Assembly: GCA_017449975.1 (NCBI GenBank)
Contig: JAFSYK010000064.1
Coordinates: forward strand, 27,060 to 91,059
Origin: Bacteroidales bacterium
GTDB lineage: Bacteria; Bacteroidota; Bacteroidia; Bacteroidales; P3
Direction of reading: 5' to 3'
DNA length: 64,000 bases
Each line of letters starts with the position of its first letter. Position 1 is the first letter of the stretch. Positions 1 to 8,512 of the stretch are shown here, piece after piece. The position numbers were made by a program, and so were the translations under genes. The notes beneath the pieces were generated by a model, which ran no database searches, was not told the DNA's origin, and saw only the letters and a program-made list of their open reading frames with translations.

Positions 1-1392
1 GACCTCACCCAGCTGATGGCAGGGGAGAAGGGGTGGACCGTCGACATGAAAGGTTTTGAGAAAGGTCTGCAGGAGCAGAAGGAGCGCAGCCGCGGTGCCG
101 CCAAGGTGGAGAACGACGACTGGCAGGAGCTGATGCCCGGTGTCGAACAGGAGTTCATCGGTTACGACGCCCTCGAGGCCGAGGTGAAGATTGCCCGCTA
201 CCGTCATGTGAAAGCCAAAGACAAAGAATTCTACCAGCTGGTTTTCGACCGCACACCGTTCTACGGCGAGAGCGGTGGACAGGTGGGTGACACCGGAAAA
301 TTGAGAGTTGAGAATTTAGAATTGAGAATTATCAATACCAAAAAAGAAAATGGTTTGATTGTCCATATTGTTGACGCAAATGATTTTGAGCAGTTTACCT
401 CTCGACTCTCAACTCTCAACGCTCAACTCTCAATTTCTGTGGATGCCGACCGTCGTCAGGCTATCGCCTGCAACCACTCGGCTACCCATCTGATGCACTA
501 CGCTCTGCGTCAGGTGCTGGGTGAGCACGTGGAACAGAAAGGTTCCAGCGTCGACGCCGAGCGTCTGCGTTTTGACTTCAGCCATTTCGCCAAACTCAGC
601 CACGAGGAAATTCGTGAGGTGGAGCGTCGGGTGAACCGCATGATACGGCAGTGCCTGCCGTTGGAGGAACACCGCGAGATGCCCATTGCCGAAGCCCAGA
701 AACTGGGCGCAATGGCCCTCTTCGGAGAGAAATACGGCGACCGTGTGCGTGTGGTGAAATATGGTTCCAGTGTTGAGTTCTGTGGTGGTACGCATGTGCA
801 GAACACCGGTATGATTGGCTCCTTCCGCATCATTGGCGAGGGTGCCGTAGCCGCCGGTATGCGCCGCATCGAGGCCATCACGGCCCAGGCGGCCACCGAC
901 TTTACCGATCGGCAGCAGGACCAGCTTGCCGCTTTGACCGACCTGTTCAAAGGTGCCAAAGACCTCGGTGTCGCTATCGCCAAACTGCAGGAAGAAAACA
1001 ACCAGATGAAGGCTGCCATCGAGCAGATGCAGAAGATGAAAGCAATGGAGGTGGCGCGCGGCTATGCCGCTCGTCTAGCCGAGAATGCTACCATCGTGGA
1101 GCGTATCGCCGACGATGTCAATACCCTCAAGGATGCCCTCATGGCGCTGCGCGCCGAGTGTCCCGATATGGCGATGGTGCTGGGCAGTGTCAAGGACGAC
1201 AAGCCCGCATTGCTCGTTGTGCTGGGTGAGAACCGTGTGGCGGCGGGTCTGAACGCCGGTCAGATGGTGCGCACCCTCGGCAAAGAGATTCAGGGTGGTG
1301 GCGGCGGACAGCCGGGCTTCGCCACGGCGGGCGGCAAGAATGCAGCCGGCCTGGACAACGCCCTGCAAGCAGCCAAAGAAATGCTGGGATAA
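1..1392 (+). CDS. alaS: alanine--tRNA ligase, C-terminal ~460 aa (5' end lies outside the window)
   Basis: Frame is open from nt 1. Carries the barrel motif TPFYGESGGQVGDTG, editing-site NHSATHLMHYAL and CGGTH, and C-terminal GGGGGQPGFATAGG. Confidence 0.95.
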   Translation, partial: DLTQLMAGEKGWTVDMKGFEKGLQEQKERSRGAAKVENDDWQELMPGVEQEFIGYDALEAEVKIARYRHVKAKDKEFYQLVFDRTPFYGESGGQVGDTGKLRVENLELRIINTKKENGLIVHIVDANDFEQFTSRLSTLNAQLSISVDADRRQAIACNHSATHLMHYALRQVLGEHVEQKGSSVDAERLRFDFSHFAKLSHEEIREVERRVNRMIRQCLPLEEHREMPIAEAQKLGAMALFGEKYGDRVRVVKYGSSVEFCGGTHVQNTGMIGSFRIIGEGAVAAGMRRIEAITAQAATDFTDRQQDQLAALTDLFKGAKDLGVAIAKLQEENNQMKAAIEQMQKMKAMEVARGYAARLAENATIVERIADDVNTLKDALMALRAECPDMAMVLGSVKDDKPALLVVLGENRVAAGLNAGQMVRTLGKEIQGGGGGQPGFATAGGKNAAGLDNALQAAKEMLG

Positions 1393-1404
1393 AAAATAGT
1401 AGAA

Positions 1405-1503
1405 GTTCTAGATTGTCTAGATCCTCTAGAAGTTCTAGATTGTCTAGATTTTCTAGATTTTCTAGAACTTCTAGTTTTTCTAGGGTATCTAGATTTTCTA
1501 AAT
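1405..1503. repeat. 11 tandem 9-bp units NNTCTAGAN between convergent alaS and tgt
   Basis: gttctagat tgtctagat cctctagaa gttctagat tgtctagat tttctagat tttctagaa cttctagtt tttctaggg tatctagat tttctaaat in exact 9-bp phase. The last unit overlaps the tgt stop codon. Confidence 0.9.
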
Positions 1504-2655
1504 TCTTCTCATCAGGTTCGGCAGCATCCGCTGTTTCCAGTTGGCGTAGGTGCCGGCGAGGATTTGTTTGCGGGCGGTGCGCACCAGCCACAGGTAGAAC
1601 CTGAGGTTGAGGATGGAACAAATCTGCAGTGCGAGAATCTCTTCGGCGCGCATCAGATGGTGCAGATAGGCGAGGGTGTAAGGTGTCGGGAATGTGCTGG
1701 TGGCGTCCTCCTCATTGTCGCATTCGCCATTTAGCGTGTCTACACAGTCGAAACAGGTCTCCCATTTCTTGTTTTTGATGTTGATGGTGCCGTGCGGGGT
1801 AAAGATCATGCCGTTGCGTCCGTTGCGGGTGGGCATCACACAGTCGAACATGTCCACGCCGCGCTCGATGGATTCCAACAGGTTGGCGGGGGTGCCCACG
1901 CCCATCAGGTAGCGTGGCTGGTCCTTGGGCAGGATATCGCAGCAGAGCGACACCATCTCGTACATCACCTCAGTGGGTTCGCCCACCGCCAGTCCGCCGA
2001 TGGCACAGCCCTCGGTGGCGCGCTCGGCAATGTATTCGGCGCTGCGACGCCGCAGGTCGGCATACTGGCAGCCCTGGACGATAGGGAAGAGGGCCTGGTG
2101 GTGTCCGTAGAGCGGTTCGGTGTTGTTGAACTGGGTGATGCAGCGATCCAGCCAGCGGTGTGTCAACTCCATGGATTTCTGTGCGTAGCGTCGGTCGGCA
2201 TCGCCGGGACAGCATTCGTCGAAAGCCATCATGATGTCGGCGCCGATGACGCGTTGGATGTCCATCACCCTTTCGGGTGTGAAGAGGTGCTTGGATCCGT
2301 CGATATGACTGCGGAAAGTGCAGCCTTCCTCCTTGATTTTTCGGTTGTCGGCCAGCGAGAAGACCTGAAATCCACCGCTGTCGGTGAGGATGGGACGCTC
2401 CCATCCGATGAAGCGGTGCAGTCCGCCGGCGGTGCGCAGGATGTCGAGGCCCGGACGCAGATAGAGGTGGTAGGTGTTGCCGAGGATGATGCGCGCGTCA
2501 ATGTCATTGCGCAGCTCATGTTGGTGGACGGCCTTCACGCTGCCCACGGTACCCACGGGCATGAAGATAGGAGTCGGTATGTCGCCGTGGTCGGTGTGGA
2601 GCACTCCGGCGCGTGCGCGACTGCCACGGTCAGTGGCTTGTAGTTCAAACGACAT
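1498..2655 (-). CDS. tgt: queuine tRNA-ribosyltransferase (tRNA-guanine transglycosylase)
   Basis: MSFELQ...TPIFMPVGTVGSVK, LTDSGGFQVFSL, YLMGVGTP and a C-terminal Cys cluster plus YLHHL. Start taken at the second ATG of the ORF. Confidence 0.93.
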   Translation of the reverse strand: MSFELQATDRGSRARAGVLHTDHGDIPTPIFMPVGTVGSVKAVHQHELRNDIDARIILGNTYHLYLRPGLDILRTAGGLHRFIGWERPILTDSGGFQVFSLADNRKIKEEGCTFRSHIDGSKHLFTPERVMDIQRVIGADIMMAFDECCPGDADRRYAQKSMELTHRWLDRCITQFNNTEPLYGHHQALFPIVQGCQYADLRRRSAEYIAERATEGCAIGGLAVGEPTEVMYEMVSLCCDILPKDQPRYLMGVGTPANLLESIERGVDMFDCVMPTRNGRNGMIFTPHGTINIKNKKWETCFDCVDTLNGECDNEEDATSTFPTPYTLAYLHHLMRAEEILALQICSILNLRFYLWLVRTARKQILAGTYANWKQRMLPNLMRRI

Positions 2656-2713
2656 GTGCAAAACACGTTGATAATTTCAACGCAAAATTACGACTTTTCT
2701 ACAAAATGAGGTC

Positions 2714-2721
2714 TAACTTTG
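2714..2721 (+). promoter_or_regulatory. Bacteroidota -7 box TAACTTTG upstream of the GT2 gene
   Basis: Matches the TAnnTTTG consensus, about 45 nt before the ATG at 2768. Confidence 0.5.
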
Positions 2722-2767
2722 CATCTTGGTTAATTATATATTAGGAACTAATAATTTTAAAGGCGAT

Positions 2768-3916
2768 ATGTCTTTTGAAATACACACTGATCCTCTGACG
2801 ATAGCTTTGTTGGCAGCGTTGGCTGTCTCGTTTATTGTCTTGTGCATCTACTATGGCGTGGTGTTCATGCGTATGGGCCGTTACCGCCGGAAGGAGGACG
2901 ACGGCCAGTCGTCGTTGCCGCCGGTGTCGGTTATTCTGACGGTGCACAATGATGCCGAATGGCTGAAGGAGAATCTACCCTATCTGCTCGAACAGGACTA
3001 CCCGCGCTACGAGGTGGTGGTGGTGGACTTTGTCTCAACAGACGAGACGCAGTTCATCTTGCAACTCTGCGCGGAGCATTACGACCGACTCAAAATCGTG
3101 CGTTTCCGTCAGGATGTCAACCTTTACAGCGGCAAGAAATACCCGCTCTCCATCGGCATCCAGTCGGCCAAAAACGACCACATACTCTTCTGTGAACCCG
3201 ATTGTGTGCCGAAGGATTTCAACTGGATTCGCTGCATGATGCGTGGCTATAACAACGACAATACGCAGATTGTGTTGGGTTTCTGTGGCATCCGTCAGAA
3301 AAAATCGTTGTTCAACTGGCTGCAGGTCTACGACAACTTGATCTATTCGCTCCGCTACCTGTCGGCGGGATTGATGGGTCGCCCTTATACGGGTTGTTCG
3401 CGCAACCTCTCGTATCGCCGTTCGTTTTTTTTCGCCAACGGCGCTTTCTACAGCCACCTCTCTTTTGCCGAGGGTGCCGACGATATCTTTGTCAACCAGC
3501 ATGCCACGCGTCGCAACACGCAGGTGATCTTCGATCCCGAGTCGTATACGCTGACTGATGCGAAGCGCACCTTTAAGGATTGGTACCGTATCCGTCGCGA
3601 GCGCACGGCTACGCGTCGCTTCTATTCTTTCCTGCAAAAGATGCAACTGCTGTGCTATCCGTTGATGGTCGCCCTCTTCTATGCGGCGGGTGTCACCTTG
3701 GCGGTGCTGCAACTTTTCCCCTGGCAGATTTTGTTGGCGGTGCTGGTGCTGAAATGGGCATGGCAGATCCTGACCATGAGTTTTGCCACCAAGCGTTTCG
3801 ATGTGAGGATACTGCATTGGTTCTCGCCCATTTTTGAAATTTATTTTTTAATTGCAAATACTTTTTCCACACTTACGCCGTTATCCTTAAAGAGTAAACG
3901 TTCAAAAGGGGCATAA
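2768..3916 (+). CDS. family 2 glycosyltransferase with N- and C-terminal TM segments
   Basis: PPVSVILTVHNDAEWL...YEVVVVDFVSTDET...FCEPDC (DxD-like) and hydrophobic termini. ATG at 2768 preferred over the TTG at 2726. Confidence 0.8.
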   Translation: MSFEIHTDPLTIALLAALAVSFIVLCIYYGVVFMRMGRYRRKEDDGQSSLPPVSVILTVHNDAEWLKENLPYLLEQDYPRYEVVVVDFVSTDETQFILQLCAEHYDRLKIVRFRQDVNLYSGKKYPLSIGIQSAKNDHILFCEPDCVPKDFNWIRCMMRGYNNDNTQIVLGFCGIRQKKSLFNWLQVYDNLIYSLRYLSAGLMGRPYTGCSRNLSYRRSFFFANGAFYSHLSFAEGADDIFVNQHATRRNTQVIFDPESYTLTDAKRTFKDWYRIRRERTATRRFYSFLQKMQLLCYPLMVALFYAAGVTLAVLQLFPWQILLAVLVLKWAWQILTMSFATKRFDVRILHWFSPIFEIYFLIANTFSTLTPLSLKSKRSKGA

Positions 3917-4524
3917 TGTCGATGGAACAACTGACATCAGAAAAAGCACGGCGCGACTATCAACTTGTATGTGCGGCACGCGATCAAGGTGACCAGCGTG
4001 CCTATGCCAATTTGATGCAGCTGTATCGCACACCGTTGTATATGATGTTGCTGAAGATGACGAACAGTCCCACCGAGGCTGACGATCTGACCATCGAGAC
4101 TTTTGGCAAGGCTTTCTGCTCGCTGCACCTCTATTCTCCCACCCATGCGTTCAGCACATGGCTCTTCTCCATCGCCTCCAACAACTGTATCGACCACATC
4201 CGTCGTCACCGCATGCAGACGGTGCCGCTGTCGGACATCACCACGCGGGGTGAGGACGAGAACTACGAGTACCCGATGCCGGCCGACGCACCTACGCCGG
4301 AAGAGGAGTTGATGACGGCGCAGCGCGCGCGGATGCTGCGTGAGTTGGTGGCGCAACTCAAGCCCCATTATCGCAAGATTGTGGAGATGCGCTATTTCGA
4401 CGAACTCTCCTATGAGGAAATAGCCGAGAAGCTCTCCCTGCCTATGGGCACGGTCAAGGTGCAGCTGCTTCGTGCCCGCAACCTGTTAGCTGCCACCCTG
4501 CGAGAAAAAAAGAACATGTTTTGA
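3916..4524 (+). CDS. RNA polymerase sigma-70 family factor (ECF-like)
   Basis: Region 2 FSTWLFSIASNNCIDHIRR and region 4 LSYEEIAEKLSLPMGTVKVQLLRAR. The ATG overlaps the upstream stop (TAATG). Confidence 0.85.
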   Translation: MSMEQLTSEKARRDYQLVCAARDQGDQRAYANLMQLYRTPLYMMLLKMTNSPTEADDLTIETFGKAFCSLHLYSPTHAFSTWLFSIASNNCIDHIRRHRMQTVPLSDITTRGEDENYEYPMPADAPTPEEELMTAQRARMLRELVAQLKPHYRKIVEMRYFDELSYEEIAEKLSLPMGTVKVQLLRARNLLAATLREKKNMF

Positions 4525-4577
4525 TTAGTAACCCATAACCTTTTCCAATAGTGAAAGAGCCTCCCCCGTCCCAATCC

Positions 4578-5468
4578 ATGTTTTCCTTTGCAACCCTTTC
4601 GGTTGCCGTGTTTATCTTGTCCTCTTTTTTCTTTCCTATCGCCGCGCGTTCGCAAAATGAATCGTTGGGTCTGGCGTTGTCTATCGACGCCGGTATGCTG
4701 ATGCCCAACGCCAAGCAGTCCTGTTTCTACGACGGTCGCCCCGGTCGTCCCAACACCATCGGTCGGGTGCTGTATAGCCAGGCCTATGGCACCGATATCT
4801 GGCAGAACCTGAAAAACGGCGGCTACATCACTGACGCTGTGGGCAATTACAACAACCTGCAGGTGGACGAGTGGCCCACCATGTATTATAAAAATGCTTT
4901 CCAGCTGGGTATCGGCCTGCGCTACGGCCTTGGCGGCGGTTGGGGCTGGTTGGCACGGCTCGACTACTCCCGTCTTACGGCGGCAGGCGAATGGCTGCTG
5001 AGCAGCACTAACGGCACCGGCATCATCAGCAACCAAGGACGCTATGTCCGTTGCGGTATGGTGGGCGTTGAGAACCGCATCATGATTGATTTGGGCGTGA
5101 CCAAGCAGTTTTTCTTCGACGAAAACTGGGCGTTGGGTGTCGAGGCAGGTGTCAACTTCAACAACACCAAGGTGAAGGAACACAAGATGGAGATTGCCGG
5201 CACCTATTATAGTATACTCGACATCTGGGACGGCGCTTCGCCCTACAGTGGCATCGGCACCTACGAGTATGTCAACCAGGGTGGTCTCGGCTATGGTGGC
5301 TTCGGCACACTGGCTGTCAGCTATGTTATTCCGGGCTATGGCTCGCTCGACGTGGGTTATTCGTGCTACTACACGCAGACCCATTTCCCCGGCTTCAACG
5401 ACGACGACGCCTTTGCGCCGCAGCACTTCATCTTCGTCCGCGCCGTAATGTATAATTTCTTGTTCTGA
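4578..5468 (+). CDS. hypothetical secreted / outer-membrane protein
   Basis: Signal-peptide-like MFSFATLSVAVFILSSFFFPIAARSQ, Gly/Tyr-rich alternating sequence, C-terminal aromatic residue. Confidence 0.5.
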   Translation: MFSFATLSVAVFILSSFFFPIAARSQNESLGLALSIDAGMLMPNAKQSCFYDGRPGRPNTIGRVLYSQAYGTDIWQNLKNGGYITDAVGNYNNLQVDEWPTMYYKNAFQLGIGLRYGLGGGWGWLARLDYSRLTAAGEWLLSSTNGTGIISNQGRYVRCGMVGVENRIMIDLGVTKQFFFDENWALGVEAGVNFNNTKVKEHKMEIAGTYYSILDIWDGASPYSGIGTYEYVNQGGLGYGGFGTLAVSYVIPGYGSLDVGYSCYYTQTHFPGFNDDDAFAPQHFIFVRAVMYNFLF

Positions 5469-5475
5469 TTAAACC

Positions 5476-5650
5476 GCAATTTGGTCCAATTAGCCCAATA
5501 AGACTAATTGGTCCAATTAGCCCAATTAGACCAATTAGCCCAATTAGCCCAATAAGACCAATTAGACCAATTAGACCAATAACTATCAACCCTCCAACCC
5601 TTAAACTCTTAAACCCTCAATAACCCATAACCAATAACCCTTAAACCTTA
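5476..5650. repeat. tandem degenerate 8-9-mers (CCAATTAG / CCCAATAAG), then CCCTTAAAC / AACCCATAACCAATAACCC words
   Basis: Read directly: ccaattag cccaataag actaattg gtccaattag cccaattag accaattag cccaattag cccaataag accaattag accaattag accaataac. Confidence 0.9.
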
Positions 5651-5657
5651 CATCCCC

Positions 5658-6185
5658 TTGATAACCTTGATTTCCCTGGCCGATTCGGGCCATACACATT
5701 ATGCGCGCGACCTGTTTGAGTCCGCATTCCCTGAAGAAGAGCGACCACCGTTTGACGAAATGGTGCGTCGCGACAATCCGCTCTTCCATTTTCTCTTGGT
5801 CCACAACGAAGATGAACCGATAGGATTGCTGACCTATTGGGATTTCGACGACTTCGTTTATGTGGAACATTTTGCCATCGACGAGGAGATGCGTGACCAG
5901 GGCTTTGGCAAAGCCGCCTTCCTCAATTTCTTGTCGCAGCAGCACAAGCAGGTGCTCTTCGAGGTGGAGCTGCCCCACGACGAGGAGTCGGAACACCGCA
6001 TCGAGTTCTACAGCAGCATGGGTCTCTGTCAAAATCCGCAGGATTATATTCAGCCGTCCTATCGCGACCCGCAACATCTGGCCATTCCGATGCTCATTAT
6101 GTCGAAATACGAACTCGACGACGACGCCTTCGACGAGATGCGCGACACCCTCTATCGCGAGGTCTATCATCGCACTGCGTCTTGA
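5658..6185 (+). CDS. GNAT family N-acetyltransferase
   Basis: FAIDEEMRDQGFGKAAF acetyl-CoA motif A. TTG start, so the start position is uncertain. Confidence 0.6.
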   Translation: MITLISLADSGHTHYARDLFESAFPEEERPPFDEMVRRDNPLFHFLLVHNEDEPIGLLTYWDFDDFVYVEHFAIDEEMRDQGFGKAAFLNFLSQQHKQVLFEVELPHDEESEHRIEFYSSMGLCQNPQDYIQPSYRDPQHLAIPMLIMSKYELDDDAFDEMRDTLYREVYHRTAS

Positions 6186-6426
6186 TAATAAACACCGTGT
6201 GTGGTAGATAACATACCCTGCCTAAAAAAAATCGCTCTTGTTCAACAAATGACTGATTTTTCCACAGCATCAAAGATGCTGACTCTCAATAACCCCAGAA
6301 AAACTAAGTGCAGTCTGGGGTAAAAAAAGAACTCAGTATCAGCGTCTCGGAGAGATGCACTCTCAAAATAATTAGTCTTTTGTGGTATAAGAGCCAAAAA
6401 AATTTGGAGGGTATTGAAAAAGTTTG

Positions 6427-6434
6427 TATCTTTG
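6427..6434 (+). promoter_or_regulatory. -7 box TATCTTTG for tRNA-Arg
   Basis: TAnnTTTG motif 27 nt upstream of the tRNA 5' end. Confidence 0.6.
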
Positions 6435-6460
6435 CATCCGATTTCAAGAGAAGAAATCAT

Positions 6461-6534
6461 GGCTCCTTAGCTCAACTGAATAGAGCATCTGACTACGGAT
6501 CAGAAGGTTGCAGGTTTGAATCCTGCAGGAGTCA
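6461..6534 (+). tRNA. tRNA-Arg (anticodon ACG)
   Basis: Cloverleaf read by eye: acceptor GGCTCCT/AGGAGTC, anticodon stem TCTGA/TCAGA with loop CTACGGA, T-loop GTTTGAATC. No encoded CCA. Confidence 0.9.
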
Positions 6535-6539
6535 CTAAA

Positions 6540-6575
6540 AGGGGAACAATGAAAATTGTTCTCCTTTTTTTATTT
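6540..6575 (+). terminator. rho-independent terminator after tRNA-Arg
   Basis: ggggaacaat gaaa attgttctcc hairpin followed by a T run. Confidence 0.7.
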
Positions 6576-6666
6576 CACTGAATAATTGTACTTTTGTACG
6601 TTGATATGTAATATGTCTGGCGCTATAGTCGAGTTATTGATAACAATCTAAAAAAACATAATACTT

Positions 6667-7215
6667 ATGAAAAAGACTGTTTTGTTTTTTACGACAGCGA
6701 TGCTGCTGAGTATGGGATTATGGTCCTGTGGTAAAGATAGTGACAACAGATCTTCCTCCACTGGAGGCAACAGTGGCGGTGACAATCCCGGAACGTCCAC
6801 AGTCGAATGGGTCGATTTGGGACTGTCCAGTGGCACTATCTGGAAAACCACAAATGAAGGTCCTGAAAATCCTTCTCATTCTTCTGATTTTTATTCCTAC
6901 TATCGGGCTACAACCGAGTTTGGAGACAGCCTTCCAAGCAGGGAGCAGTATGAGGAACTTGTCAACGAGTGTGATTGGTCGTGGACTGGAGAGGGGTATA
7001 GTGTGGTTGGCCCGAATGGAGACTCCATCTATTTTCCCGCTGCGGGCTGGTACGATGTCCATGGAGGTCATTATACTGGCGAGGGCTTTTACTGGTCGTC
7101 TACACCTGAAGGTGATGAGTTTTCGTGGGCCCTTCGCTTCGGTCGAACCTTTCATCATGTGGCATGGTATTATTATATTTGCTACGGTTCCGTCCGACTG
7201 GTCCAAAACCCATAA
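6667..7215 (+). CDS. lipoprotein with DUF1566/FISUMP-like (C-type-lectin-fold) domain
   Basis: Lipobox LSMGLWSCG, VDLGLSSGTIW, LPSREQYEEL, GYSVVGPNGDSIYFPAAGWY, GFYWSST, SVRLV. Paralog of 54185..54655. Confidence 0.75.
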   Translation: MKKTVLFFTTAMLLSMGLWSCGKDSDNRSSSTGGNSGGDNPGTSTVEWVDLGLSSGTIWKTTNEGPENPSHSSDFYSYYRATTEFGDSLPSREQYEELVNECDWSWTGEGYSVVGPNGDSIYFPAAGWYDVHGGHYTGEGFYWSSTPEGDEFSWALRFGRTFHHVAWYYYICYGSVRLVQNP

Positions 7216-7332
7216 TTACGTTTTCAAGAGCGACAGGCAAAAGATTTACCTGTACATCCGAAACGACCATTCCCGAAATGGCTGTTTCGGATGTGGCTAT
7301 TTATTAAGGTTGCCAAATTCGAAAAAAAATTG

Positions 7333-7340
7333 TATCTTTG
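7333..7340 (+). promoter_or_regulatory. -7 box TATCTTTG
   Basis: TAnnTTTG motif about 50 nt upstream of the ATG at 7391. Confidence 0.5.
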
Positions 7341-7390
7341 CCTTTTCAAAACTGAACTCAATATTTGTTTAATTTAAATCAATTATTATT

Positions 7391-8464
7391 ATGCAACCCA
7401 AAGGTAATAAGTACGGTACCCACCGTGTCATCGAACCCAAAGGCGTGCTGCCCCAGCCCGCTAACAAGTTGGACAACAACATGGATGTTCTCTACGACAA
7501 TGAGATTCTCATCGACGTGCAGACCCTAAACATCGACTCCGCCAGTTTCACCGATATCCACAACTACGCCAAGGAGCAGGCCGGTGCCGGCGCCTCGGAG
7601 GAGAAGGTGATGGAAGAGGTGAAGAAAGAGATGTTCCTCAATGTGGAACTCCAGGGCAAGCACCGCAACCGTCGTACCGGTTCGGGTGGTATGCTGCTCG
7701 GCAAGGTGGAGAAGATCGGTGACGCCCTGAAGGGCAAGATCGACCTGAAAGAGGGCGACCGTATCGCTACCCTCGTCAGCCTTTCGCTGACCCCGCTGCG
7801 TATCGATGAGATTATCGCCATCCGTCCTGATGTCGACCAGGTCGACATCAAGGGTAAGGCTATCCTCTTCGAGAGCGGTATCTATGCCAAGATTCCTACT
7901 GACATGCCCGAGAAGCTCGCCCTGAGTGCCCTCGACGTGGCTGGTGCTCCCGCCCAGACTGCCAAGCTGTGCCAGTATGGCCAGACGGTCGTCATCCTCG
8001 GTGCCGGCGGCAAGAGCGGTATGCTCTGCTGCTACGAGGCCAAGAAGCGCGTCGGTGTGACGGGTACGGTGATCGGTATCGCCAACAGCCCCAAGAGCAC
8101 CCAGCGTATCAAGGATCTCGGTTTCTGCGACATCGTGGAGAGTGCCGCCGGCATGACCCCTGTCCAGGTTTATGAACTCGTCGAGCGTCTCACCAACGGT
8201 AAGATGGCTGATGTGACCATCAATTGCGTCAATGTGCCCGACCAGGAGATGACCGCTGTGTTGATCACCAAGGACGACGGTATTGTCTATTTCTTCAGCA
8301 TGGCTACCAGCTTCACCAAGGCCAGCCTCGGTGCCGAGGGTATCGGCAGCGACGTGAACATGATCATGGGCAACGGCTACACCAAGGGTCACGCCGAGTT
8401 CACGCTGCAGGAGCTCCGCGAGAGCCCGAAGCTGCGCAAGATCTTCGAAGAACTCTATGCTTAA
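7391..8464 (+). CDS. kdd: L-erythro-3,5-diaminohexanoate dehydrogenase-like NAD(P) dehydrogenase
   Basis: N-terminus KYGTHRVIEPKGVLPQPANKLDN...NEILIDVQTLNIDSASF resembles my recollection of Kdd proteins. Rossmann motif VVILGAGGKSG. Confidence 0.6.
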   Translation: MQPKGNKYGTHRVIEPKGVLPQPANKLDNNMDVLYDNEILIDVQTLNIDSASFTDIHNYAKEQAGAGASEEKVMEEVKKEMFLNVELQGKHRNRRTGSGGMLLGKVEKIGDALKGKIDLKEGDRIATLVSLSLTPLRIDEIIAIRPDVDQVDIKGKAILFESGIYAKIPTDMPEKLALSALDVAGAPAQTAKLCQYGQTVVILGAGGKSGMLCCYEAKKRVGVTGTVIGIANSPKSTQRIKDLGFCDIVESAAGMTPVQVYELVERLTNGKMADVTINCVNVPDQEMTAVLITKDDGIVYFFSMATSFTKASLGAEGIGSDVNMIMGNGYTKGHAEFTLQELRESPKLRKIFEELYA

Positions 8465-8512
8465 GGTCAGAAGGGTCTGACATGTCCGACATGTCGTACC
8501 CAATACCAACAA

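Noticed and set aside
1413-1604. 63-aa ORF MSRSSRSSRLSRFSRF...
   Set aside because: It is purely a translation of the 9-bp TCTAGA repeat array and then runs antisense into the tgt 3' end. It has no start context.
4410-5426. 338-aa minus-strand ORF overlapping 4578..5468
   Set aside because: This is an antisense shadow ORF typical of GC-rich coding DNA, with Arg/Gly/Val-rich low-information sequence. The plus-strand ORF has a signal peptide and sits in a sensible operon position.
5476-5650. Possible CRISPR array
   Set aside because: The units are only 8-9 bp and directly abut one another with no spacers. There are no cas genes in the window.
6308-6538. 76-aa ORF covering tRNA-Arg
   Set aside because: Its C-terminal half is a translation of the tRNA gene, and the region folds into a canonical cloverleaf.
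7526-8512. 328-aa minus-strand ORF opposite the kdd-like gene
   Set aside because: This is a shadow ORF. The plus-strand product has a Rossmann motif and family-like N-terminus, while the minus-strand product is a low-complexity Leu/Gly/Thr/Asp run.
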